A stretch of DNA of 64,000 nucleotides from Bdellovibrionaceae bacterium UBA6502 (GCA_002436415.1 DJMA01000012.1:90345-154344); one strand, 5' to 3'. Counted from the first letter of the stretch, positions 8,221-18,406 are shown. Numbers and translations: made by a program. Notes: generated by a model from the sequence alone, not told the origin.

Positions 8221-9459
8221 CTACTCTGAAAAATTCTGTCTCTTTGGCGCAAGAAGAATAAAAGGTATCCTGGCCGTAAATAAACCAAAAACAATACTGC
8301 TAGCAATAATCATAACTCTCATTCCAATACTGCTTTGCTCTTCGCCAAAGCCAGAAAATTGAAAAAAGCTACTCAATGCCAACATTCCTGGTACCAATGA
8401 CAAAATTCCAGGAACACTGAAAACCTGTGATGGTACTTTAAAAATTCTGCTAAAGGCCATACTAAAAAAACCAACACTCAATGCAGGCAGGAAAGAACCT
8501 AATACATAAAAGCCAAGTCCCTGAACCGATTGCAGTAATGTCCAACTTGCCACAGCAGTGATTACTGAGAATGGAATCAATCTTGCCGGTACATTAAATA
8601 AAATGCCTACCGCCGAAGCCGACCCAATCATACCGATAACTTTCAAAACAAAGCTACCTTCAAATAGATCTTTCACAGGACTTACTAAGTTTACATCTCC
8701 AACCAAACCAGCCACATCTCTTGCAAATAAAAATGCCGTCCCCATTGCCAATAGGGTTAAAATTCCACGCATCATTTTTGAAGTACCTGAAATAAAATTA
8801 TGATTTGCTAACTCGGAAATGGCATTGGTAATGGTTAAACCTGGGACCATCAAAATCAATGCACCTTCGGCAAATGCTCTTGCTGGAACATGAAATTCAA
8901 CCGCACAAAAACCAGCCACCAAGAAAATAAAACAACAACCTAAAAACTCAGTAAATACACCGGTCAAACCGAGCTTTTTTGCAAAAGCTCCTGACATCCA
9001 AAAAACCAACATCACTAGTAAACCAGAACCAATAGCAGCTCCCCAAGATCCATAACTTGGTAAACTAGTGGCTACCCCAAATAAAAACAAGGCCGTAAAA
9101 AAAACCAAACGACTATAGGTAAAACTTTTTACCTCCAAAATTTTATGCCTTGTTTTTTCCATCGCCTTTCTAGAAGCCCGCATTTCTTCTAATAGATTTT
9201 CTAGACGAATCAATTCAGCCATATCATTTTCACCATGGTAAATGCGTCCCATGCGAGTGATCTTATTGGCCTTTCCATTTTCACTACAAGTAACAAAGAT
9301 TCCACTGGATGTGGCAAAAACTTCGGTCTCAATGTCCATTTTTTGCCCGAAGTCCCAAAGACTTTCTTCAAGACGAGAGGTGGAGCCACCACTCGCCAAA
9401 TAACTCTTTCCATACCTCATGATGAGGTCTAAATAATTTTCTAAGTATTGATCAGTCAA
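8221..9459 (-). CDS. threonine/serine exporter (ThrE) family membrane protein
   Basis: N-terminal DUF1212-type region (YLASGGSTSRLEESL) followed by about 10 hydrophobic segments. Confidence 0.7.
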   Translation of the reverse strand: MTDQYLENYLDLIMRYGKSYLASGGSTSRLEESLWDFGQKMDIETEVFATSSGIFVTCSENGKANKITRMGRIYHGENDMAELIRLENLLEEMRASRKAMEKTRHKILEVKSFTYSRLVFFTALFLFGVATSLPSYGSWGAAIGSGLLVMLVFWMSGAFAKKLGLTGVFTEFLGCCFIFLVAGFCAVEFHVPARAFAEGALILMVPGLTITNAISELANHNFISGTSKMMRGILTLLAMGTAFLFARDVAGLVGDVNLVSPVKDLFEGSFVLKVIGMIGSASAVGILFNVPARLIPFSVITAVASWTLLQSVQGLGFYVLGSFLPALSVGFFSMAFSRIFKVPSQVFSVPGILSLVPGMLALSSFFQFSGFGEEQSSIGMRVMIIASSIVFGLFTARIPFILLAPKRQNFSE

Positions 9460-10834
9460 CTTTATCTGCCTCTGGTGCTTTTATTTCTCTCGTGTTTAAA
9501 TCCACTTCATTCAAATTGGGAACATCACTTAACTCACTTAAACCCAATTCTTTCATTCTTCTAGCGGATGGTAAAACCCTTCTCTCTAAAGACCCAACTG
9601 CTTCGTTGTACACCTTGGTTGTAGATTGAAGCTTTGTTCCAACATCACTTAACTTCTTCACCCACTGAACCACTCTCTCGTACAACTCTTTGGATGATTC
9701 AATGATTTGCATAGCGTTTGCGGCCACACTCTCTTGCTGCCAACCATAAGCAACTGCTTTTAAAAGAGCTACCAATGTTGTCGGCGTTGCAACAATGATT
9801 TTTTCCTTCAAAGCGTCTTCCAAAATATTTTTGTCCACCTCAACCGCTGCTTGTAGAAGAGCTTCATTTGGTACAAATAAAACAACAAAATCTGGAGCGG
9901 ACTCAAATTGCTCCCAATAAGATTTTCTAGAAAGCTCGCGAACTCGAGATCGAAGATTCTTCGCATGACGCTCTAAAGCGACTTTTCGATCTTCCGGGTT
10001 TTCCGCTTCTGCTGCATCTAAGTAAGCGTCTAAAACCGCTTTGGAATCAATTACGATGCTTCTTGAATTTGGAAGCTTCACTAACATATCTGGTTTCTGT
10101 AATTGGTCGTCTTTACGAACGCTAACCTGTTCTTCAAAGTCACAGTACTGACTCATACCTGCCAACTCAACCACTCGACGAAGCTGCAATTCTCCCCAGC
10201 TTCCTCTTACCTCTGGGCGTCTCAAGGCTGTAGTTAAACTACTGGCCTCTTTGCGTAAGGCCTCTGAAGCCACACCCACAGACTTTAACTGCTCATTGAT
10301 TGCAGTAAACTGCTCAATTCGCTGTTTTTCTACTTTGCTAAAGTCATTCTCTAACTTGCTCATTAAGTCTTTTATAGGGCTTACTAGTTTTTGAAACTCT
10401 TCGGTCTTTTCACTCAAGCTATGCTTATGCTCTACACTTTTTCGGTCCAAACGTTCTGTGGCTAGTTTTAAAAACTGATCCACATTGGACTCAAGAGCCT
10501 TGTTCGCTAAGGAGCCAAAGCTTTTTTCTAATTCTTCTTTTTGCTCTTGAAAACTACGCTTTTCTCGCTGAAAACTCTCTTCACGTTCTTTAAGAGTGGT
10601 TTCCAGTTGCGTATTTCTAGCCTCCAGTTCCCGAATTTCTAAATCAAAACTCTCGGCTTTATTTTTATAAGTTTCTAAACTTTCTTTTAAATCTCCAGTT
10701 TGAGATTCAAGAATACTAAATTGTATAGATCGTTGGGAATAATACCGATAAAGGTAAACACAAAAGCCTGCGAGAAAAACCACCGCTAAAATCAAACCAA
10801 TCTCTAAGCCAGTCACTAAATCTCCTACCATCAT
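9452..10834 (-). CDS. rmuC: DNA recombination protein RmuC
   Basis: N-terminal TM segment plus coiled coil. Conserved RPEVRGSWGELQLRRVVELAGM and the FVVLFVPNEA nuclease-fold region. Confidence 0.9.
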   Translation of the reverse strand: MMVGDLVTGLEIGLILAVVFLAGFCVYLYRYYSQRSIQFSILESQTGDLKESLETYKNKAESFDLEIRELEARNTQLETTLKEREESFQREKRSFQEQKEELEKSFGSLANKALESNVDQFLKLATERLDRKSVEHKHSLSEKTEEFQKLVSPIKDLMSKLENDFSKVEKQRIEQFTAINEQLKSVGVASEALRKEASSLTTALRRPEVRGSWGELQLRRVVELAGMSQYCDFEEQVSVRKDDQLQKPDMLVKLPNSRSIVIDSKAVLDAYLDAAEAENPEDRKVALERHAKNLRSRVRELSRKSYWEQFESAPDFVVLFVPNEALLQAAVEVDKNILEDALKEKIIVATPTTLVALLKAVAYGWQQESVAANAMQIIESSKELYERVVQWVKKLSDVGTKLQSTTKVYNEAVGSLERRVLPSARRMKELGLSELSDVPNLNEVDLNTREIKAPEADKVD

Positions 10835-11041
10835 GGATTAAAGTTCTACATTCCCCTAATGCTTTAAAAACAGGGCAAAAATCCCAAGAATGCTCCCAAA
10901 GATTAACACCAAAAACCAAGGAAAGTTAAGCACATCTATATAAATAGAGATTAAATTTTACCTCCTCCTTTTTAGCCGAAAACTAAAACCAGAATATGCT
11001 TTTACAAGAGGCATTTAAATGTACTAGGCACTATTTGCTAA

Positions 11042-11210
11042 CAAATTAAAACTGGCCCCTTTAATTGCGGATAGACTTTAATAAGTATTGAAAAAGCTTT
11101 GTTTAAATTAATTTGTCCGAATTTTGACTTTCGTTGCAATGAATATAGTAAAGAAATTCAAGGCTTTAATGCTGTTTCATCCGCAATTAAAGGGGCCAGT
11201 TTTAAATTTG
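11042..11210 (+). repeat. TIR hairpin element, copy 1 (MITE-like)
   Basis: Arms at 11048-11072 and 11179-11203 are perfect reverse complements (AAAACTGGCCCCTTTAATTGCGGAT). The interior is 106 nt. Homologous copies occur at about 21355 and 57302. Confidence 0.85.
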
Positions 11211-11710
11211 CCGAAGTTCCAAGCCACGAGGAGCTCTATTCCACATTATAGCACGCAAATACCCAAAAAATTTAGGCAGCATTGATCTAAAACTAAGACT
11301 CGATAAATTTCCTATAAAATAAGAGCTGCTAATATAAGGGCCAAAAAGTAAAAGAATATTTTGATTCATTTTTACTATATTTATTTAAGAATTAAATAGG
11401 ATTTGAAATTCATTACGCTGAGTAGACAACTTGATCGTTACTTATCACCTCAGCTTATCAAAGCAATGGATCTGTTGACATCCTTTCTAAAACTGCTTAA
11501 TTATTAAACTTTTCCGTATTAGAAAGATTAGGCACTTTGAATTTTTTACCTATATAGTGCGCGAAAGCGCAGCTAAAATATATTATTTTAATTTACTTTT
11601 ACTGTAATGATTTCAGCGGCGGTGCGCCTCTCTTGTAATTACCCCCTCCCATCCCTCAAAATACGAACTATGAGATATGGTTATGTGTTGACGGAATTCA
11701 TGGGGGATAT

Positions 11711-13306
11711 TTGAAGGGGTTCATTCATTACATTTTGATTTTCACGGTGGGCTTCAGTCATTGGAGTTTCGCGGCTTCTAATAATTCCGCTTTAGGAAAA
11801 GATAGTCGGCGAAGCAATCAGGCTCAAGAGATCATCGAGAACAGCATAGCTCAAAATGAGTCTAAGGATGCTGACGTCCTTATTAATAGAAGTGTCATTC
11901 AAATGCCCGGTGAACCAGATCGTATGATCGAAGTCTTAACAACAGATGGGCCGGATGCATTAATTTTTGAAGAGGCACAAAAAGAGATTATCCAAGAACA
12001 AAAAATTCCTGAAAGCGACTTTATCAAAAGCATCGTTCAGTATCAAAACGGCCAACAATTTAGCGCCTTTAAAATGGACACTGAGAAGTGGCCAGAATTT
12101 AATGCCTTAGTACTTGCTCGTGTTAAACAGAAAAAAGAAGAAGCTTTACAGAAAGAAAGAGAAGAGTCTATTGCCAGAGCCGCAGATGCCTCAATGAAGA
12201 AAAAATCTGAGGTTTATCAAACTTGGCTAACTTTTAGTATTCGCTGGGGTCTTTCGGTTTATTTTTTCCAAACGATTGTTGATCCATCCAACTTTGAACT
12301 AGCAGTGATTAGTGGTGTTTCTTTTATAAACACGATGGTTTTAAATAACTTTATGCGAGGTTTTGAAAAAAGCTTCCAAACCATTGGACGTGTGGGTCTT
12401 GAAATTCCTCATCAACTGATGAGAGGCGGAGCTTATATTGGAGACCAGTTTCTTAATGACAAAGCTAGAGAGTTTTTAGCTTGGTTCCCTAGAAAATATA
12501 AAGAGAACATTTTAAACAATCACTTCGCGAAACAAACCGCAAATTTGGCTGGCTCCTTTGTTTTACAATCCACTTTTGTGGCAGCTTATTTAATCGCTAT
12601 GAATCTCGGTAGTCTTGGTTTTGAATCTGCAATCATGGAAAGTGGTGGCGGATCTTTGGCTGGGGTAGATGTATCACAACTTCCTCACGATTTTAGTTTC
12701 GATCGCTTTAAAGAAGCTCTATTTTCTGGTTACGCACAATTTAGTTGGGCAAAGGCTTGGGACTTTATTTGGATGCCTGAAAATTACCTTTTAGAAAAAA
12801 CTCTGGCTTTTACTATTTTCTCAAGATCTTGGGATGTGTATCGATTGAGATATCGTGAACAAGTGAGTAACCAAACCAAAGCAAATACTTTTGGTCGTTT
12901 AATGGGAGTTTTCTTCGCATTGATGACACCAGTAATTTACATTGGAGAAGAAGTGGTACGCGGATCTAGCACTAGCCCACTAGGCTACCTAGGAGTAATT
13001 TCCGTTGGTACTGTGGGAATCATGGGACTTGCCTTTGTCTACGGAGATGCTCCTAAATACCAAGAATACTTAAACGCACAAAAACAAAAAGTAAGTGATG
13101 CCCTTACTTCCTTTAGAAATTACTTAGGAAGACACGCTCGCGCAGTTGCTTTTGGGACTAAGCTAGGAATGGTAAATTTAGCTCACATGGCCGACGATTT
13201 ATACACGCGTACTAGTCGTAAAAACTGGGCGAATGTACCTGAAATGGCTTTTCATAGAATGATTGAAAATCCGCAAGGCTCTCGCTGTTCTTTAAGTAGC
13301 CTTTAA
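11711..13306 (+). CDS. hypothetical membrane protein (TTG start)
   Basis: Long ORF with a signal-like N-terminus (ILIFTVGFSHWSFA) and several hydrophobic segments in the C-terminal half. Confidence 0.6.
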   Translation: MKGFIHYILIFTVGFSHWSFAASNNSALGKDSRRSNQAQEIIENSIAQNESKDADVLINRSVIQMPGEPDRMIEVLTTDGPDALIFEEAQKEIIQEQKIPESDFIKSIVQYQNGQQFSAFKMDTEKWPEFNALVLARVKQKKEEALQKEREESIARAADASMKKKSEVYQTWLTFSIRWGLSVYFFQTIVDPSNFELAVISGVSFINTMVLNNFMRGFEKSFQTIGRVGLEIPHQLMRGGAYIGDQFLNDKAREFLAWFPRKYKENILNNHFAKQTANLAGSFVLQSTFVAAYLIAMNLGSLGFESAIMESGGGSLAGVDVSQLPHDFSFDRFKEALFSGYAQFSWAKAWDFIWMPENYLLEKTLAFTIFSRSWDVYRLRYREQVSNQTKANTFGRLMGVFFALMTPVIYIGEEVVRGSSTSPLGYLGVISVGTVGIMGLAFVYGDAPKYQEYLNAQKQKVSDALTSFRNYLGRHARAVAFGTKLGMVNLAHMADDLYTRTSRKNWANVPEMAFHRMIENPQGSRCSLSSL

Positions 13307-13346
13307 TCTACAGTTTCTGAAACTAAGCTAAATGCAAAAAAAGCAT

Positions 13347-14120
13347 CTAAGAAATCTTTTTTTCTTTGTTCGCTTTTTCTAGATAATAAACCTTAGCAAA
13401 TTTTAGAAATATTGAGTACGCAGCTCCAACTGAAATGACAAAGCCAGCAACACCATCAAGAAAACCAAGCTTAAAAATATAGGTTTCTAAAAACTTAGAT
13501 ATGGGCTTTGTTAAAAACAAAAACCACGAGAAGGACTTTCCATCCTTTATAAACTTCTCAGCCCCTAAGCTTGAATAACGATTGTTTGCAGAAACTTGTT
13601 CGGTCAAATCTTTGAAGACCCAATGATAAATTTGCACATCGGCTCTTTTGACTTTTTTAGCTTCCACCTTCTCGTGCAAAGCACCACCCTGCCATTGTGA
13701 GTGTTTTTTATTGTAAAGACGTCTTTGGTAGTCAGGGTACCATCCACCATGCGCTATCCACTTTCCTAAGTGATAAGTCTTTCGTGGAAACTCATAGGCA
13801 CAGCTATCATCTCGCTCCTCGGCTAAAAGTTCTTGGATCTTTTCAGCCAAGTCAGGAGCACATGCCTCATCTGCATCTAGATTAAAAATCCAATCATTTT
13901 CACAAAGCTCAGACAAACGATTTTTTTGGTCACAAAAACCTCGCCATTTCTCTGAAAAACATTTAGCGCCTAAAGACTTAGCAATTTCGAGAGTTCGATC
14001 GCTGGAACCAGAGTCCAAAACCACAACTTCATCAGCCCAAGACAGAGACTCGATGCATCGAGCTATGTTATTTTCTTCGTTCATACAGATTATAGCCGCA
14101 CTAATTTTTACTTTACTCAT
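13347..14120 (-). CDS. family 2 glycosyltransferase
   Basis: SAAIICMNEE...VVVLDSGSSDRT and an NLDADE (DXD) motif. Confidence 0.85.
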   Translation of the reverse strand: MSKVKISAAIICMNEENNIARCIESLSWADEVVVLDSGSSDRTLEIAKSLGAKCFSEKWRGFCDQKNRLSELCENDWIFNLDADEACAPDLAEKIQELLAEERDDSCAYEFPRKTYHLGKWIAHGGWYPDYQRRLYNKKHSQWQGGALHEKVEAKKVKRADVQIYHWVFKDLTEQVSANNRYSSLGAEKFIKDGKSFSWFLFLTKPISKFLETYIFKLGFLDGVAGFVISVGAAYSIFLKFAKVYYLEKANKEKKIS

Positions 14121-14166
14121 AGTAGTACTTTAGAAAAGTTCTTCCTAAGTGACAAAGTAATTTCCA

Positions 14167-14814
14167 TTGGATATAAGTATCCCCATGAAATTAATGCGTT
14201 ATTTGCCTATTTTGTTTTCGTTAATTTGTGTTCAACCTTGTTTGGCTTATTTTAGCTTAATGGATTCGGGGGATATTTTAGCCGAAGGCCAATACACCCT
14301 TACTTCAGAAGCTCAAATGGTAACCTCTGGTGATGATGGTCTTAACTTTAGAGCCCATCTAGATCAAGGCTTCGATCCCTCATCCCAGTTTCGCTTTACT
14401 TTAGGAACTGGCACCAATGCTTATCAAGCAGGATTCCTTTATAAATGGGTTCCAATTCCTGATTATGAGAACCAACCGGCTGTTGGCTTCATCGCTGGTG
14501 TGACTATGGCTGAAAACAGTAGTGATACAGTTTTAGCATTACAACTTAAAGCTCTAACTAGTAAAAACTTTGTAACTCCCTACGGTTATGTATCACCCTA
14601 TGGTGGTTTAAGCCTCGCCATTGAAGTTACCAATGCACTCAATGGAAACCCAGCGCAATTGATCCTGGGTAGTCGATACCAAGCAGAACATTGGTCTAGG
14701 AGCTTTGTTATGGCTGAATTCGGCTTTGAAATTGCGGATGCTTTTTCTTATTTGTCTGTTGGATTCCAATATGATTTCAATGAAAATGCTTTGCCCAAAA
14801 TAAAAAAGCGCTAA
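14167..14814 (+). CDS. secreted beta-rich hypothetical protein (possible outer-membrane protein)
   Basis: Signal peptide (the probable start is MKLMRYL at 14185) and an alternating hydrophobic pattern. Confidence 0.5.
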   Translation: MDISIPMKLMRYLPILFSLICVQPCLAYFSLMDSGDILAEGQYTLTSEAQMVTSGDDGLNFRAHLDQGFDPSSQFRFTLGTGTNAYQAGFLYKWVPIPDYENQPAVGFIAGVTMAENSSDTVLALQLKALTSKNFVTPYGYVSPYGGLSLAIEVTNALNGNPAQLILGSRYQAEHWSRSFVMAEFGFEIADAFSYLSVGFQYDFNENALPKIKKR

Positions 14815-15554
14815 TTCACTGGACCTTCAGCAAGATTCAAAGTGATACTTTAAGTTCTACCTTGTCGTTAAGTCCAGAGCCACCTATCCTTAAGTCATCC
14901 TATAAAAAATCCCAGAATATCAGGATGACACTCTGGGTGTAGGAAGCGTAACTTTATTAAGGAGCTCTTTTTCAGGAAGAAACTGGGCTTCTTATGCAAA
15001 TCCGCGAAGTTCGTATATTTAGTTTCTCTCATTTTTCGAAAAGCTGTAGTTTAAGTTTATTCTTTCTTTAGATTCTAGACAAAACACCCCAAATCTTCCA
15101 TCTAGTTTACAATTCTTTTGTCCAACTCCTATAAGTACTTAGTCTGTGAAGACTTTTACTTTATGAATGCCTTTTAAGTAGTAACTCCCCTCTTACAAGA
15201 ACATTTTTTTTAAAGCTTTCATTTTTTTAGGCAAAATGTCTTTATAAAAATTTTGATCCGGTAAGTTTTTTTAAAACTACATGCCGAAACAAAAAGTAAT
15301 AACCAATGCAGCTTTTATATTTCAGTTTTTCCTATTGAGAAATAAAAAACCAGCAGTTCAAGAATGGCGCACTAAATAGAAGAAATATTATGAGTAAAAA
15401 ATTAGGACTAGAAGAAGGATTTCGCTAGCCTTTTTTGAAAACTAAATCACACTAAAGAAACGATGCTAGCTCATCCAAAGTCTTAAAAAAACTTAAATGG
15501 GTTTTTCCTTAAGTCTAGCCATAGAAATAAAGGATTTTTTTTGTTAGCATTATA

Positions 15555-17774
15555 TTGATAACAAGCTGGGCTCTTATGATAAAAAACTTACTCCTGATTC
15601 CATTTATTTTCGCCATGTCACTTCGTTGTAGCCATACGGCAACGACAAGTTCAATGACGCCGCCTTACCAATCCAAGGTATATCATGATTTATCTACTAA
15701 AGATCCTGAGAGCGTTGAAAAGTATTTTTCCAAATACAAAACTCCTGAAACTCAGGCCGCAACTCGTTACTGGGTAAATTACAAACTGGGGCAAGTTTGG
15801 GAAAAGCACGATAAATCTAAATCTTGTGAATACTACAAAATCCTAAGCACAGAGACAGATTTTCCTCTTAGTGACCTAGCCTACTTAAAAACCATTGATA
15901 CATGCGACGGCAAAAGCATCGTGAGCGATCGTTTGTTCGCCATGAAAAAAGATGAAGACAAATCATGGCTAATGCCAGAAATCGAAAGACTACAATACGA
16001 GTATGCTAAAGCACAAAATATGTACCCACAAAACGCTGAAGCAGCGATCTCTTTATCAAAAGATTCTTTGATTCGCCCAGAGAAAATCGCTTATACGGAA
16101 GAAGCTTTGAAATGGGCAAAAGAGAAAAATGATGCCGATAGAATTAAAGCCTACGAGCAAAGAATACAGAAACTTTCTCCAAGCCGCAGTAATAGCTCTA
16201 AAAAATCCGATCCCTTTGATGTCGCATATGACTATCGACGAGATAGAAAATTTTCTGAGGCCATCAAAATTTATAAAAAGATCGCGAGAAAATCTTCGTC
16301 GAGCATTTACGAAAAACTAAAAGCTTGGAATGGAGTTGCTACCTCTCACAAGTTAATGCGTGACAAAGAAATGTACGTAAAAGCTCTATACAGCCACGCC
16401 AGTGTAGCTGATCGCTACTATCGAAAAAATAAAAAATCTAAAACGGCAGCAAAACTTCACCATGACTCACAGGTTCAGCTAGCCAGAGCCCTTTGGACAG
16501 AAGGAGAAGTAAGCAAAGCTCGAAAGATTTTAGTTCTTCTGGGAAAATGGTTAAAAGGCAAATACCCAACCGATCAAGTCAATTGGCTAATCGCTAGAAT
16601 GGCTGAAGAAAAATCTGATTTTGAAAAGGCGATTTACTATGCAAAAGAATCTATGGATGAATCGAAATCACCTGAGTCTACTTATTATGAAAAAAGCGCA
16701 TGGATATATGCCTGGAATTTAAAGAAGATCAATCAACCCATGAAAGCTGCGGAAAGTTTTAAAGAGCTTTACCAGAAAACAGACAACGAATACGATGCTG
16801 CAAAATACAAGTTTTGGTACGCCCATAGTTTAGCAGAGGCAGGTCAAGAACTAGATGCCTATCAGGTCTACAAGGAGCTAGCGGATGAAGACCCTCTCGG
16901 CTACTACGGCTTGCTCTCTTACAGACAAAGAGGAGAAAAGCTTCCTAACCTTTTGCATACGCAAAGCATTTTTGCCAGCGACCAATCTTTAGATCTAAAA
17001 AGAGACCTACTTAGTCAAATCGAGTGGTTAATCGCCTTAGACGAGAACAAATTAGCTCAAGACTATTTAAAGTCTTTAAAAATCCAAGCTAAAACTGATG
17101 AGCAGAGACAAGAGCTTTACAGTCTATATGGAAAAGCTGGCTACTACGCAGGAATTTTTAGAGACCTTGCTTCTTTAGATCCAGAGAGAAAAAGAGCTTT
17201 GGTTGAAAAGAATCCTGAGTATCTTTTCCCTAGACCTTACTTGGCAAAAGTAAATGAAATCTCCCAAAAGTATGGCGTAGAGGCATCTTTGGTTTACTCC
17301 ATCATTCGCCAGGAAAGCTCCTTTATTCCGCACGCTAGAAGCTTTGCTGATGCTTTTGGATTAATGCAGTTGATCCCAAAGCAGGCTAAGAGATTGGCAA
17401 AAATCCACAATGTAAATTACAAAGAGGCCGAGGATCTTTATGAGCCTGTAACAAATTTATCATTAGGAATTCCATTTTTGAGAGAGCTTTGGGACCGCAA
17501 GCAAGGTCAATTTATAATGACCGTTGCAAGCTACAATGCCTCAGAAAGAGCTGTTCTAGGCTGGATTAACACCCGCTATAAAGGCGATCCCATCACTTTT
17601 ATTGAAGATATCCCCTACTCTGAAACCAAAGCTTATATTAAATTGGTTCTGAGAAACTTTATTTGGTACAAACGCTTGTCGGCCAAAAGCAAAGAAACTC
17701 CTTATCCTGAGTGGGCGCTGCAAGGCCTAGAGGAATTTCAGACTAAGCCTAGAAACATCAGTTCAGAAAAATAA
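15555..17774 (+). CDS. slt: soluble lytic murein transglycosylase (Slt70-like)
   Basis: C-terminal SLT domain with ESSF...GLMQLIP...ASYNAS and a long helical N-terminal domain. The likely start is the ATG at 15576. Confidence 0.85.
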   Translation: MITSWALMIKNLLLIPFIFAMSLRCSHTATTSSMTPPYQSKVYHDLSTKDPESVEKYFSKYKTPETQAATRYWVNYKLGQVWEKHDKSKSCEYYKILSTETDFPLSDLAYLKTIDTCDGKSIVSDRLFAMKKDEDKSWLMPEIERLQYEYAKAQNMYPQNAEAAISLSKDSLIRPEKIAYTEEALKWAKEKNDADRIKAYEQRIQKLSPSRSNSSKKSDPFDVAYDYRRDRKFSEAIKIYKKIARKSSSSIYEKLKAWNGVATSHKLMRDKEMYVKALYSHASVADRYYRKNKKSKTAAKLHHDSQVQLARALWTEGEVSKARKILVLLGKWLKGKYPTDQVNWLIARMAEEKSDFEKAIYYAKESMDESKSPESTYYEKSAWIYAWNLKKINQPMKAAESFKELYQKTDNEYDAAKYKFWYAHSLAEAGQELDAYQVYKELADEDPLGYYGLLSYRQRGEKLPNLLHTQSIFASDQSLDLKRDLLSQIEWLIALDENKLAQDYLKSLKIQAKTDEQRQELYSLYGKAGYYAGIFRDLASLDPERKRALVEKNPEYLFPRPYLAKVNEISQKYGVEASLVYSIIRQESSFIPHARSFADAFGLMQLIPKQAKRLAKIHNVNYKEAEDLYEPVTNLSLGIPFLRELWDRKQGQFIMTVASYNASERAVLGWINTRYKGDPITFIEDIPYSETKAYIKLVLRNFIWYKRLSAKSKETPYPEWALQGLEEFQTKPRNISSEK

Positions 17775-17776
17775 TT

Positions 17777-17801
17777 TAGGGCCTCATGGCCCTATTTTTT
17801 T
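17777..17801 (+). terminator. rho-independent terminator
   Basis: TAGGGCC-TCAT-GGCCCTA followed by T7. Confidence 0.8.
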
Positions 17802-17846
17802 AGAGAATTCCTTGCCTTAACGATCGAAGCTTTGTAATCAGAAGCT

Positions 17847-18302
17847 ATGAACTACAACAGCTTAAATGATCAATTGAACGCCCTATTAAACACCGATGAC
17901 TTTTTGGTAAACTCTGCACAGTTTTGCGCATTTGTTTTTGATGAAATCAAAGAACTAAATTGGGCCGGATTTTATTTTTACAGAGACGAGCTCTTACAAC
18001 TTGGAAGCTTTCAAGGAAAACCTGCATGTAATCCCATTGCAATGGGTAAAGGAGTTTGTGGGACTGCTGCCGAGAGCCGAAAGAGCATCTTAGTCGAAGA
18101 CGTTCATCAGTTTCCAGGCCATATTGCCTGTGATGCTGCTTCGAATTCTGAATTGGTGATTCCCCTAATCAAACAAGGAAAACTCATTGGGATCTTTGAT
18201 ATGGACTCCCCTAAGCTATCGAGATTCACCACTGAGGACAAAGAGGGCATGGAAAAGATTTGCCAAAGCTATTTAGACAAAACAAAATTTTTGTACTTTT
18301 AA
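17847..18302 (+). CDS. GAF-domain protein, free methionine-(R)-sulfoxide reductase-like
   Basis: WAGFYFY...GKPACNPIAMGKGVCGTAA...HIACDAASNSELVIPL, as in YebR/fRMsr. Confidence 0.75.
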   Translation: MNYNSLNDQLNALLNTDDFLVNSAQFCAFVFDEIKELNWAGFYFYRDELLQLGSFQGKPACNPIAMGKGVCGTAAESRKSILVEDVHQFPGHIACDAASNSELVIPLIKQGKLIGIFDMDSPKLSRFTTEDKEGMEKICQSYLDKTKFLYF

Positions 18303-18406
18303 AGACATTCGATTTTTGAAATTTCATGAGCTTTTAAACCTAGAGTTTAATGTCGATACCGCACTTTTCCGTTTAACAAACCAAGCAGGCTCGTAAACGC
18401 TAAGGA

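Noticed and set aside
8221-10834. rmuC (and likewise mutS2 and recQ) as the core of a defence island
   Set aside because: The neighbours are housekeeping genes (thrE-family, plsC; lnt; ABC-F). No adjacent nucleases, methyltransferases, ATPase/helicase pairs or other defence-type genes are visible.
11025-11039. TAGGCAC-TATT-TGCT next to TIR element copy 1
   Set aside because: The GG-to-GC spacing is two nucleotides too short for a sigma-54 promoter.
11048-11203. TIR element arms as CRISPR repeats or as an intrinsic terminator
   Set aside because: The arms are inverted rather than direct, and each element has a single ~106-nt interior. No cas genes are present. The stem is not followed by a U-run, and all copies lie in 5' (divergent) regions rather than 3' regions.
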